NCBI RefSeq assembly: GCF_018350175.1
Contig: NC_058368.1
Location: forward strand, 151,344,001-151,408,000
From: Felis catus
Lineage: Eukaryota
Length of the DNA stretch: 64,000 bases
Direction: 5' to 3'
Under the pieces are notes generated by a model, which was not told the DNA's origin, did not search any database, and saw only the letters and a list, made by a program, of their open reading frames with translations. A program made the position numbers and the translations under genes. Below, piece by piece: positions 51,561 to 64,000 of the stretch (positions are counted from its first letter, which is position 1; each line of letters opens with the position of its first letter).

Positions 51561-52423
51561 TGTCATGATAAACTGTCATCCCAGACTTATGTATAGTTTA
51601 TAAATATGGAAGAAGATAAGAAAATCTAAATTTCATTGACAGCAGTAAAAACAGCAAAGCGAGAAAGAGTAGGCTGTTTGCAAAGTGAATAGTCAATGTT
51701 GTTAAATGAGTGGAATCAAGTCAAAGTAAAAGCCGGGAAATTATCAACACCAAAAATAACTACATTACAGGACATACTAAAAAATACAGCAAGCAGTCAT
51801 CAGCATGCAAGTTGGGACACAATAGAAGAAAAGATAGCTGAGATTGGAGGAAAACTAATTATAGGGAATAAGCTATTACTGTCTTAGATAATTGTGTATT
51901 CTAGGTACAGTTTCTTTTGCATTGGTTCTCAAAGATTCTGTAATCACTTCTATAGATTAAAAAAAGCCAAACATACTGAAGCATATTACTATGCTTTGAG
52001 ATAGTGCAGTATTCAGTATCTGGCACATTGTAGGTACTCAAAAAGTATTTGTGGAAGGAAGAAAGGAAGGAGGATGGAAGGAAGCCAATGATGTTATAGG
52101 AAAATGAAGATAATAATATCAGTGGGTTTTTTTTCATATACATTTCCTCAAATATAAAAAGAATGTATAAGAGTCCTGGTTTAAATTCACAGGAGTCCTG
52201 TTACTGACAGTGTGAACATTAAAGAATCTAAGTGTTAGCTGCTTGATATTTGATAATATCTGGCTGGATGTGACGGATATTTTGCTCTTTCACAAATATT
52301 TTATTTTATTCATCCATGTACAAAATCCATATTTGACCTAATACGGATGTGTGTGGGAAGGAATGTTATATGGACTGGCAGATGTGAGCTACAAAGTGCA
52401 GAGTTCTGTTATACAGTATTTTA

Positions 52424-52626
52424 TGTTATGTTATGTTATTTTTTAAATGCTTATTTTTGAGAGGTGGGGGGAGGGGTAGAGAGCGAGGAAGACATAGAAT
52501 CTGAAGCAGGCTCCAGGCTCTGAGCTGTCGGCACAGAGCCTGACGTGGGGCTCAAACTCATGAACTGCAAGATCACGACCTGAGTTCAAGTTGGATGTTT
52601 AACCGAATGCTCCACTCAGGTGCCCG
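52424..52626 (-). mobile_element. Feline Can-SINE
   Basis: TSD TACAGTATTTTA at 52412-52423 and 52628-52639. Confidence 0.95.
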
Positions 52627-52670
52627 TTACAGTATTTTAAAAGGGCACTTTTTTTTTTCCCATGCAAGAA

Positions 52671-52721
52671 TGTGTGTGTGTGTGTGTGTGTGTGTGTGTT
52701 GTTGTTGTTGTTGTTGTTGTT
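52671..52721. repeat. Compound (TG)n(TTG)n microsatellite
   Basis: Direct observation. Confidence 0.97.
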
Positions 52722-53441
52722 TCTTTTTGTTGTTGTTTTTGGTTTTGGGTGTGTTTGTTTTTTTAGTCTTGGGGGAGGAGTGATGTCTCCAGCTAATTAC
52801 TACGTCTTTTTAGATCTTTTCTTGGTCAATTTTCCTTTCCCTTAGCATCTGTCCCACAAAATGAGGCACTTAAGAGATTGAAGAGTTAAATATCAGAGTT
52901 CCTTCTTCCCTGAATAATATAGTGTAGCAATGTTAGGTATGACAGCAGTAGTACATTAGGCAATAAGGCTACAGAGTTTGGGATGGTTGGAAACCTAGTC
53001 TTTGAGCAGTAAGAAATCAGATCTTGACTAGTTTTAGTGACTAAAGCTGTATCTCCATCTCACTAAACAGAAAAATGAACTAAAGTACAGAGTTCAAGAC
53101 TGTAATATATTTTATATTATTCAAAACCATGATGACAAAAGTTTAAGCTCTTTGCTTATCATGTATATGTGTGTATATATCTATATTGTGTATATTCTTA
53201 TATATACAATTATGTGTATACATGTATATGTGTGTGTATTTTGAAGATTTGTTTTGCTTCTAACTGACTTAGAAAATGGAAAATTGTAGTATTGGTTTCT
53301 ACAACAAACTAGGGTGAGAGGGGTTGGGCATTTTGTCTCCTTCCTAAGACACTGGATATATACTAGTAGCTTTTTAAAATAATAGTTTCTTCAGTATGCT
53401 GGATGTTATGTAATTAATTGAATCTCAGCGCCCCTCATCCC

Positions 53442-54311
53442 CATAGTTCTGAACATGTGGTCTCTGGCTCCTAGAGAGTCTCTCTGATTCCTTGAGGCTC
53501 TACTGCAAAGTTGAAGCTATTTTCATAGATGTTACTCCCTTTTTCATAGTCAACACTATGAAACATTTGCATTGAGCAATGGTGGGAAAACTGCTGCAAT
53601 CTTAGCAGAAAGGCAGTGGCACCAAATCGAAATTACGATGTCAGTACTGTAGATATACTGCCACGTACTTGTAAGAAAAATAAATCAATATCTCTTCAAT
53701 AGTGCTCTTGATGAAGCAGTTAAATTATTAATTTTATTGTATCTCCACTCTTGTGTACATATGTTTATAATGTTTTGTGTGACAAAATGGGTACACATAA
53801 AGCATTTCTGCTACATTCTCAAGTATCATGATTGTCTTGAGGAAACATTACTTGTGCTTTGAGTTGCACGTTAATGGAACACCACTGTTATTTGAAAGAA
53901 TGACTGAAAAACAATATGATTAGTTAGATTTCAGTTTTTGGCAGATAATTTCTCATAAATAAATGACTGTCGATTCAAGAACAGCATTTTTGTCACTGAT
54001 AAAATTTGAGCTTTCAAGTGAAAATGAGAATTTTGGAGAATTTCCATTTGCTACCATGAACCTAAAAGCTTCTTAATACTTAAACTTTTCTGATATCATC
54101 AGCACTGATAATAATGGGTATTAAACACTTCTTTAGATATTGCAGTTATCTTTTTTAGTACTATCTTCTTCAAGGACAGGTTACTTAAATGCCCCAGAAT
54201 GTCACTTAGAGTGACAGAAACTTGCTGCCAGGTAGTTCTTCTAATCCTATCATTTAGAACATGGTGTTGCCTGTACAGACAAGACATGATTTTTTTATCT
54301 TGTATAATAAA

Positions 54312-54347
<36 letters not shown>

Positions 54348-54747
54348 CAATTTAGATATGTGCATATCTCACTGGACAAGGATTTTCCAAATCATAAATG
54401 TATCATGTTAGAAAATCATTTATGGTTAAAAGATCCATTCAAATTGCAACATAGACCAATTAATTTTAATGAAACCGAGTAGAATAAGTTCATTGGCATG
54501 GCTTAAGGTTCCACATTGCAACTGAACTTTAAGAAATGACTACTTGTTGAGTTTGGGTATAGAATCAAAGAACATGCTCAACTATCTAAAACTGTTATGA
54601 AAATACACCTCCCTTTTCCAGCTATATGTCTGTAGTTAGACACACCTGCATGAGGCTAGATTTTATTCAGTATCTTTCATTCAAAAGAACATATCACAGG
54701 AGATTGTGTGCAGAGTAAGATTTGCAACTCTTTTACTAAGCCAGACA
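53442..54747 (+). mobile_element. Charlie1 (Charlie1a-like) hAT DNA transposon with decayed transposase sequence
   Basis: gcaatggtgggaaaactgctg...ggcagtggcaccaaa...cttgatgaagcagttaaattattaattttatt...cataaagcatttctgctacat...ttgtcttgaggaaa...aaagatccattcaaa...taagccagaca; (TG)n at 54313-54345. Confidence 0.88.
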
Positions 54748-55204
54748 AATTTGCTCTTCCTGGCAGGTACTAGGCGATATTACATTCCTCCTTCTCTGCC
54801 TGTACTAAGATATGATTGACCTAACTAATGGATGTGTCAGCATTACTATTATAAGATATAAACCATCATGTTTATTAGGCAACACCCTTTAATCCTTGAC
54901 CATTTGCACCCCCCCCCCTTTTTTTTGTAAAACAGCACCCTGCTGATTTTTCAAAAACATATTTCAGTCATTTGTCAATATAACAGTAATAATTACTGCC
55001 AGGTCAATTACATATATTCCTCTAGTATTGTCTAAGTTTATGAAACTGAAGTACTTTCAAAAGAACATAACTATAGAAGATCAAGGCTGGAAAGATCTGT
55101 TGGGGTCATTTAGACTAACTTACCTCATGGTGCCCCCTGCAAGTGGTCACCTTGACTATTCTTGATTACCTCCAGGAATAGGGAAATTCCCCCCCATTCC
55201 ATTT

Positions 55205-55826
55205 TTTGGGTATAAATGGGATCTTACAATCTATGCTGTTTTGTGATTGTTTTTCTCTCAGTATGATATCTGTGAGATTCATTGATGCTATTGTGGTTAT
55301 CAGTAATTCTTTTGTTTTTATTGCTGAATAGTGTTCGATTGTATAAATGTAGCACAGTGTGTTTATCCATTCTTCTCTTACACACTGGAGTCCGTTTCTA
55401 GTTTTGGCTACATTTTTCTACAAGTTTTTTGTTGACATATGTGCTCATTTCTCTCAGATAAATCCCTAGCAGTTGAAATTGCTGGACCAAAGGCTAGATG
55501 TTTGTTTAATTTTGTAAGAAACTGTCAAACCATTTTCCAAAGTGGCTGTACAATTCTACCTGTGTGCCAGCAGTGTGTGGTGCCAGTTTCTCCACCTCCA
55601 CATCAGTGCTTGACATGGTCAGTCTTGCTAATTTTAGCCACTCACTTGTAGTTTTACTTTGCATCTTCTTGATGATGCCTTTTCATGTGTATATTGGTCA
55701 TTTGTATAACATTCTTTGTGAAGTGTTCCTCCCAGTATTTTGCCTCCATGGTAAACTTGGGTTGTTTGTCTTTTAATTATTGAGTGATTGTAGGGAGCTC
55801 ATTGTATATTCTGGATACAAACCTTT

Positions 55827-55886
<60 letters not shown>

Positions 55887-56772
55887 TGAGTATTTTCTTT
55901 TAGCTTGTGGTTGCTTATTCAATTTCTTAATTGTGTTTTTTGATGAGCAGATGTTTTTAATTTTGATGAACACTAATTTATAAATTTGTCTTTTATGGTT
56001 GTTGCTTTTTGTGTCCTTTCTAAGAAATCTTTTCTTAACCACTCAAGTTACAAAGATATTCTCCTATGTTTTTTTAAAGAGCTTTATAATTTTAGCTTTT
56101 TCATTTAAATCTATGATACATTTCAAAATAACTACATGTATGATGTGAGGTAGGAGTTAAGGCTCATTGTTTTTCCATATGGATACCAAATTTTGCCATT
56201 ATTTGTTAATTTTTTTTTTCCTTTCCCCCATTGGATTGCTTTGGTAACTTTGTTGAAAAATCTTTATAAAATTGTGTTTACTTTAGGACTCTCTTCTGTT
56301 TCATCAATTTACTTGTACATCCCTATGCCAACACTACACCATTTTATTAGTATAGCTTTTGGTGGGTTTAAGAATTATGGGATGTAAATCCTCTGGTTTC
56401 ATCCTTCATTTTCAACTTGTTTTGGCTATTTGTATTTTTATATAGATATTAAAATCAAATTTATATAAAATAAAAATCAAACTTATGTAAATTAATATGA
56501 AAAGACTTCTGCAGTTATGATTGGGATATGGTTAAATTTATAAATTAACTTTGGGGCAGTTGCACATTAAAATATTGATATTTTAATTGATTTTCATATT
56601 TTTTATCATATTCTATTGATATGTCACACCTTGTTTGTGTCTTCTTTAATTTCTCTTAGCAACATTTTATAGTTTTCAGGATACAGATTTTGTACATCTA
56701 TGGTGAAGTTAAATTCTAAATATTTTATGCTATTGTAAATAGAACTGTTTGGTAACTAATTTTCCAGTTGTT

Positions 56773-56817
<45 letters not shown>

Positions 56818-57215
56818 ATTACATCTCTACATAATATATATATATATCTTTTACTTCTACATAATATACGTAGTGTGTATCTATAGTGTATATCTTTTAT
56901 TCTGAGACTTGCTAAATTCACTTGGTAGTTCCAGAACTTTTTTCCCAGTTGACTGTTTAGGATTATCTATATAAATATTCATGCCATCTGTAAATAGTGA
57001 TAGTCTTACTTCTTCCTTTCCTGTTTTCATTCCCCACCAACCCCACTCCAACCATTTCATCTTATTATAGGCTAAGGTCTCTCTAGTGTGGAAGTTTTAA
57101 GAGTAGACATTTTTTCCTTGTTCTACATCTTTAGCGGAAAACATTTAGTGTTTTACCAGTAATATGATGTCAGCTGTAACTTTCCCATAGATACTTTTTA
57201 TCACATTGAACCATT
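55205..57215 (-). mobile_element. Old L1 (ORF2 3' part and 3' UTR), antisense
   Basis: ttttgtaagaaactgtcaaaccattttccaaagtgg...tattctggatacaaacc...gatgtgaggtaggag...ttacttcttcctttcc; (TA)n expansions at 55832-55884 and 56776-56815. Confidence 0.88.
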
Positions 57216-57577
57216 ATATTTTAGACCTAGATTATTTTGATTTGAAATTTTATTTCTTACTTTCCTAAAATTGGCCCTAAATATCTCTTGGATATTTCAA
57301 AAATCAAGTTTGTGCTCAAACAATAATTTTTGGCATTGATCATTTTAAAAGAATAGTGTATTTAAGATTGTAACAAACCTTGTTTCTGGAGAACGGTCAT
57401 GAAAAACTAAAGGAGAGGAATAGGAGAAAACTCATCTTTCATTATATATCTCTTTATTTATTTTGAGAATGTTGTATTGATTCATTATTTATTCAACTTA
57501 CATATTCATATATTATCTATTCACATTTCCACTTAAATGTTAACTGTATGCTAGCTATAATTTAAAAAAATAGGTGT

Positions 57578-57802
57578 GTGGGTGGCTGGGTGGTTCAGTC
57601 GGTTAAGTGCCTGACCACAGCTCAGGGCATGATCTCACAGCTCATGAGTTCAAGTCCCACTTTGGGTTTTGTGCTAATAGCTCAGAGCCTGGAGCCTACT
57701 TCTGATAATGTCTGTCGGTCTGCCTGTCTCTCTCTGCCCCTGTCCCACTTGTGCTCTGTCCCTCTCTCTCGGTCTCTCAAAGATGAACTTTAAAAAAATT
57801 AA
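57578..57802 (+). mobile_element. Feline Can-SINE
   Basis: TSD AAAAAAATAGGYGT at 57564-57577 and 57803-57816. Confidence 0.94.
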
Positions 57803-57829
57803 AAAAAAATAGGCGTCAACAAATGAGAA

Positions 57830-58380
57830 AACAGTTTGGCCTTATCTTGTAAGATTTAATATGTATTTATCTTATGACCCAGGTATTTGACTTACACACG
57901 TTTGAATATTTATAGTGAAGTGTCATAACAGCAAAACCAAATGAAAAGAAAAATCCCCCCACACCTCCCAATAACGTTTAGGGAAAGAATAAGTAAAATA
58001 CATGATACAGTCACATAATAGGATATTATACAGCAGGAAATATTAATGTGGTCTACAACTACACACAGTAGCACAGGAAAACGTTAAAAACATAATCTTG
58101 AGTGTAAAACAAGTCTCTAAAGATGTGGACAGGGTGAGTCCTGTTTATAAAGTCCAAAGCTAAGTAAAAGTGAAGTGTCTGTTGTGCAGGCAAACATACA
58201 TGTATGATAGAGTATGCAGATGAGTAAGATGCAATCCCAGACCAGGGTGATTTCTGAGAAGAGGATACTCTGGGGCAGGGGAGGAGGATGAGCATCCCAA
58301 CAGATGTACCTATTTGCTAATATTTGATTTCTTGGCTTGAAGAAAGAGTCCATAGATTTCATTATGTAATAAATAAATAA
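57830..58380 (+). mobile_element. L1ME-like 3' end fragment
   Basis: aaacagtttggccttatcttgtaag...cttatgacccag...ggatattatacagca...aaacataatcttgagt. Confidence 0.65.
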
Positions 58381-58574
58381 GTGTGCAATAAAAATGTAGA
58401 AGGGCCATGCATAAATGAATGATGGTGGTGCATTATGAACTATTATGCTTAACCTAAATTCTATGTGCCTCAGGTCCAAAAACAAATAAGCAAGGAAACA
58501 AGGTTGCTGTAATTGGGATAAGTTATTGTTTGTCTGAAATGGAGGCTCAGAGAGGAACTCTCATTTTAACGTTT

Positions 58575-58790
58575 AAAAAATTTTTTTTTTAACATTTATC
58601 TATTTTTGAGAGCTAGAGACAGAGTGCAAGCAGGGGAGGGGTAATGGGAAATGGGGACACAGAATCCAAAGCAGGCTTCAGGCTCTGAGCTGTCAGCACA
58701 GAGCCCGACGCAGGGCTCGACCCTACGAACCGTGAGATCATGACCTGAGCCGAAGTCAGATGCTTCAATGACTGAGCCACCCAGGCGCCC
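58575..58790 (-). mobile_element. Feline Can-SINE
   Basis: Antisense head ...gactgagccacccaggcgccc; degenerate TSD tcattttaacgttt / tcgttttgacattt. Confidence 0.95.
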
Positions 58791-61700
58791 TTCGTTTTGA
58801 CATTTTAATTTAAAAAAGAAAATCTATTATACTGTGTTGCAATAACAAAGGTTAAATATTTTTAAAAGCGAAAGAAGGAACATAAAAACTTACCCCTCTC
58901 CCTTAGCAACTGGCTCAAAAATACTTTAAAAAATAGAGTGGTTCTCAAGATGCATGTGTATATTTGTAAGGGTATGTACACCCATATATGCACAGAAATC
59001 AATTGGCTATTTTTTTCCTCTCCCTTTTATATAAAAAATGTTGATGTAAGGCTGATGAAATCTGCATACAACACAAAGCTGGATGAGTTGGCTCTTATGC
59101 TGGGTGACAAGCCAACAGCCTGCAGAATCCTGAGCTTCGTGCTGATGACAGGTAAAGTGATCAGGGTCAGGCATAGAAAATGTTGTGAACTGTTGAATTA
59201 CAGCTTCATGGGACTCCCACGTTGGACTATAATTAAAAGTTAAAATTAATTATGTTGGTTCATAAAGTCTATATTTTTTATTTCTAAACCTTACTTTGTA
59301 CTGCAACTGGTAACTGTTAAATATTTAAAATATTTAAAACAAACATTTTTGTAGCACCAGTGGTGGGTTGTATTAAAATAGAGATCTTTTTAAAAACAAT
59401 AGTTTCCTTGTCTTAAAAATATTCAGCTTGCATGAGTAACTACAACTTGCATGAATAGATGTAGTTTACATCTAGTTACATACTAGTGACATCTAGTATT
59501 TTGGACCATATCTGTGCTTTCTGAACGAAGAGAAAACAACTCGGAAGAAAAGTAAAGGGCAGAGTGTCTCAGTAGTACTTTACATGCAATGGCTAAACCA
59601 TTGGAAAGAGAAAAGAGGACAACTAGAGCACTGATAGAAATCACAGTTCAAATTCGCCTTCCATGCAGTGGTGGGGTAATCAGTTTGCTAGAATAATGGC
59701 CCAGCTGAGAAGGAGCCATAGCATCTCATGACCGTTTCCTGCTGGGTTTGTCATGTTGCAGGGCATATAATCTATGCCTGAGCTTGTACAAAACTTTGAA
59801 CTCTGTTTTCCTGAATGGATCAAAGCACTGAAATCCTGACAGATAAAAATAATGTGGTTCTAAGTTCATCTTATGTATTAGCAACCGTTAAAAGAAAGCT
59901 TTAGAACCCAGGTATGCTTCTTCCCCTGAGCGATTTGAGGCTCTCTTTGGAAATTGTGAATGTGACTTAAATATCACAACATACACAGAAAATTCATCTA
60001 ATTATATCCAAGAGACATAGAGAAAAATTTATACTAACTTCATGGAGACCTATGGAATAATATAATGGGTCTCCTTTACTGAAAAATTTGAACTTAACAG
60101 CTAATCCCATCAACAATTTATTAATTGATTTTCTAAGTAATAGTCACCATATTAGTTGAGCTTTTGGATCTCTAGTTCAGATTTTTAATTATAAGCTTAC
60201 TGTTCCTCCAGAGGAAAAAATGGAATCAAACCAGGTAAATTCATGTTTAATGGCTTACCTGAGTTCAGAGGGTAGTGATTTACAGAAAGCATTTGTACTT
60301 CTTCTTTAAAAAAAAAGTCATTTTTCAGTTACTCTCTAAATTAATAACAACAAGAAATAGCACAAGTAAAATAGCACCAGTGGAAATACATCATTTCTGA
60401 AATCTTGCATATCAAAACCAAAAAAAAGTGTTCTTATAGTGAAAAGAACATCAAATACCATGAGATGTGATAATATATATTTTCCCTTTCCAAATGGTAG
60501 AATTTTCATTGATTCAAACTCTTATAGCACTATGAATTTGAGGTAGCAAAACATTTATGGTGGCATTTAAGATTCATATTAACAATATCTACAAAGATTG
60601 TTCTCCATATGCTTTATGCTCCTTTTATATATTGCATGCCTAATTATATGGTGATTTATAATGGTACAATTCTTTAAAGTGATTTTTCAGCCCTATTTTT
60701 CAGCCATGCTAGCCTCTAATTTGTAGAGTCCCTCTCTCTCCTGTATCAATGGCTCCTGCACAAAACACCATTTCTCATTAAAGGTTCCCATTCCCTTTGG
60801 CAGTGAGGATAAAATCTCTAATCAAGCTTGAGGAAAGAGCCACAGTTCAAAGATGTCATTGGGTCCCCAGGCTGGTGCTTGTGTGGCTTGCTAAAGGTTC
60901 TCAGCCTTAACATTTGGTCTGTGAAGAGAACTGTCAGGGTCGAATACTCCAATCAGCAGTCAAATAAAGCACATTAAATGAGCAAAAAAGGAGAGTGAGA
61001 GTTTTATAAAAGGGGACATAAACCTTCAATACTTGTTTCAGAGTATTACCATTTTAGCAACTGCTCCCTGTGAACTTTCTGATGAGCACATCAGGATGTG
61101 CTGACCTCAGAATCCCATTGCTTTTCGAAGCACCCGGTTTTTACACCTAGTGACCTCCTCTTTTCACAATGTTTTGTTCTTCCTCAATTTTCCCATCTTC
61201 TTTTTCCTCCTTCTACAATCTTTTCCTGTAAGTAATACAGAGTTTATGCATGGGTACGTGGGGTAAAGTGATCTTAATTGACATATTCCTACTGGATTAA
61301 TGCTTTCAGAGACTATCATTCTGAAAATTCATATCATTTTTGAGACTGTAAAAAGACAAACTCTTTCCTGAGACCTCAGGAGAACAATGTAAAACAGGCT
61401 TTCATTTTGATTTGGGACAACATTCAACAAAGATGTATATTGCAGATGTCAAATCCAATATTTTGCTCCTGATAAGTATGCAGGACTCCCAGGAGCCTGT
61501 CTTGTAGGAGGAAAGAATAACAGGCTTAAGTCCCATGATGCAAATGTGAGAAAAGAATTTTGCCCATAATTTTAGCTTAACATTTGGGGAAGGAAGTTTC
61601 AATTTAATCTTAGAAAGTAGATTCTGTCTGCTCTCTTTTTACAAAACAGCAGTACCATTATGAATTACATTTGACTTTGTAATGTCCACCGTGAAGCTTC

Positions 61701-64000
61701 CCGTTCTTAATATGCCCAAATAAAAACACAAGAAGTAGTTTGTGTATTAGCACATTTAAATTTTACACTCCTGAATGACAGTTGATGCCCTTTTACAGAT
61801 AAAGTGTGCCTACAGCTCATGGGTGTATAATTCATTCTAATGTTCACTATCAGCACATACTCTGCCATAGTGCTCTTGACTGCATGAGTTGGCCAGATTA
61901 CATGTTTCTCGAAAGGTAAAATATTAAGGCTACCTTTGTCCACATTTTTCTTTAAAAAAAAAAAAGAAAAGACTATTAAAATGCTTCGGTAAATGGCCCA
62001 GAATTATTCATCCCAGAACGACATCAGGAAGCATTTGACCCTTGCTGTCATGATTTCTGATTCAGAATCTTCAATGAAGGTCTTCCTTTGTAAATCAGCA
62101 GTCCATCTCTTACCCATAGTATTTGGATGAGTCAAATGGCTTGTTTACGACATGTTTAATGTTTTGTGAATCCTGCCTCCTGATTCACTTGAAGTACTTT
62201 ATAATTATATTCCTTGAAAACAGATGCTTTTAATATTCAGCTTGAGTGTTTTATAAGCTATACAAATATTTTGTTTGTGGTATTTTCTGGTGCTCACAGC
62301 CAAAATATGCTAGTCAACTTTTCAGAAGATCATTTTATTATGCGGGAACCTGGGGCGATGCAGCTTCTGAAGTTTCTCCCCCCACTTGGGATCTGTCAAC
62401 CTCATAACATGTCCTACTGCAAAGGACCCGTTCCTAGCATTTTAATCCTTTGAATAAATTATAAAAATATTTTGTCACATCCTGACCAGCAGTTTCATCA
62501 AGTGATAATGTGGCTCTTGTCCTTGTGGCTCTTGTCCTGGCTCCCCCTTCCTTCTGTTACTGGGCTGAAGAGATTTTCTCAAGCCATCTAAGGAAGAAGG
62601 CCCAATTAAAACCACTCCTTCTTGCACCACTAAAACCCCACACAATGATTTGAAAAAATACCCCTAATTTGAAGCTGTTAATACAACTGTAATTTTATTT
62701 CTTGAACATTGCCTGTTGTAGGGTACTGCCAATCTGTGAAAACAAACCAGTAATAGCACCATTTGAGAACCACCCAGGGTCAATTGTCCCCTTTTCTTTT
62801 TGCTAAATAACCTATTAAAAGACCCCTAGCAGCTGTAACAATAACTAAAGAGCTAGCAGTGCCAATTATGCCTGGGTAGTAGTAGTGGTAGCACAGCACC
62901 AGTCCCAGCAATACTCCAAACCAATAGTCTAGCAATTTTCCATGCCCAGGGTACTCAACCTGAGAAAGAGGTTGGCTGTGTTGGGAGGAAGAAGCGTGAG
63001 GTTTTTATATCTGTGATGTTTCAGGACGTGAAACTTTCAAGACCGTTTTTATATAATGCCATAAGCCTTCTAGTTCTGCACTGAAATTGAACTAAAAAGT
63101 GAGCTGTGCAAAGTTTCAAGACATATTGGCATGGTAGGCATCCCTTTAGATACCATTTGTGAAGTCTCAGGATTTATAGGTATTGCTGATTTGAAAACAA
63201 GAATGTTGCTAGTTTTGAAACAATGAAACAACTGTTTTTCCCCTCCTTCCTGGATCAGTGTCTCTACCTGCTGATACTGTCGTTTATACTGCTTAGGTAT
63301 TGTGTTTCATTCTCCTAAGTGTATATTCTGTAGTGTTTTTCTCTAGTCCCTCATGTGAATATCAGATCTGTGTTATAAATCTCTCAAGGAAAGAAGCAAT
63401 CAATGCCATTTGTTTCCTGGATGCCTTTTAGTACTTTATATATTACCAGGCATATAGTAGATACTAAATTAATTAATTAATTCCCTATTTATAAGGTTTT
63501 ACATATTAATGGCCCTTCACATAATTTTACAATTTAGCTATTCTTGATACACATTTTAATATTACCATCTGTCTTTTTAGTACATTATCACAGAAAAATT
63601 TATCATGTGGAATGGTGGTGCTATGCATTATGCTGTCTAATCAAGTATTCTGACTAATAAATATTTATTCTGAATATTATTCATAGATTAATAATTTTCA
63701 AGAGATTTTTCTGCTATGACATGTATTTTAATGCTAAGCCTAAATTAAACAAAGTTAAACCTTAATGACTTAAGAGATTCCTCTTGGGTCTAGGTTAACC
63801 GGACTAGTAAAAACAAAAGATATCTGCTGGTGAGAGCTTCTGGTTTGAAGAATGACAGATGAGTAAGCTTCAAATTATGTGAGTTGATTAAAAAAGCTAT
63901 TAAGTCATGTAAAAGAGAAAACATCCAAAGGAATATGGTCATATTTGTGTTAATAGATGAATTTATTCTGAAAAAGATTCTTAAGGTTGAGAATATCAAG

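Noticed and set aside
1..64000. CRISPR arrays, operons, functional tRNA/rRNA genes
   Set aside because: The sequence is mammalian; tRNA-like boxes belong to Can-SINE heads, and the only rRNA match is a 42-nt decayed 5S fragment.

Overview
Mammalian, almost certainly felid, AT-rich non-coding DNA: 16 tRNA-derived Can-SINEs (the youngest of feline type), L1/L2/CR1/MIR fragments, hAT DNA transposons, ERVL/MaLR LTRs and microsatellites. I found no convincing host protein-coding exon, and most short ORFs in the supplied track look like noise. The main discovery is at the left end. About 4.5 kb of the minus strand (~4540 down to <1) translates, through many stops and frameshifts, into colinear fragments resembling bornavirus glycoprotein G (~4540-2619), matrix protein M (2618-2267) and the N-terminal part of the L polymerase (2239 to beyond the window edge, including degraded pre-motif A and motif A). 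The G-M-L order is that of the Carbovirus/Cultervirus lineages rather than Orthobornavirus (M-G-L). This looks like an ancient multi-gene endogenous bornavirus-like element copied from an unspliced viral transcript. All protein comparisons were made by eye against BoDV-1 sequences recalled from memory and need tBLASTn/HMM confirmation. I cannot tell whether the locus is already catalogued.
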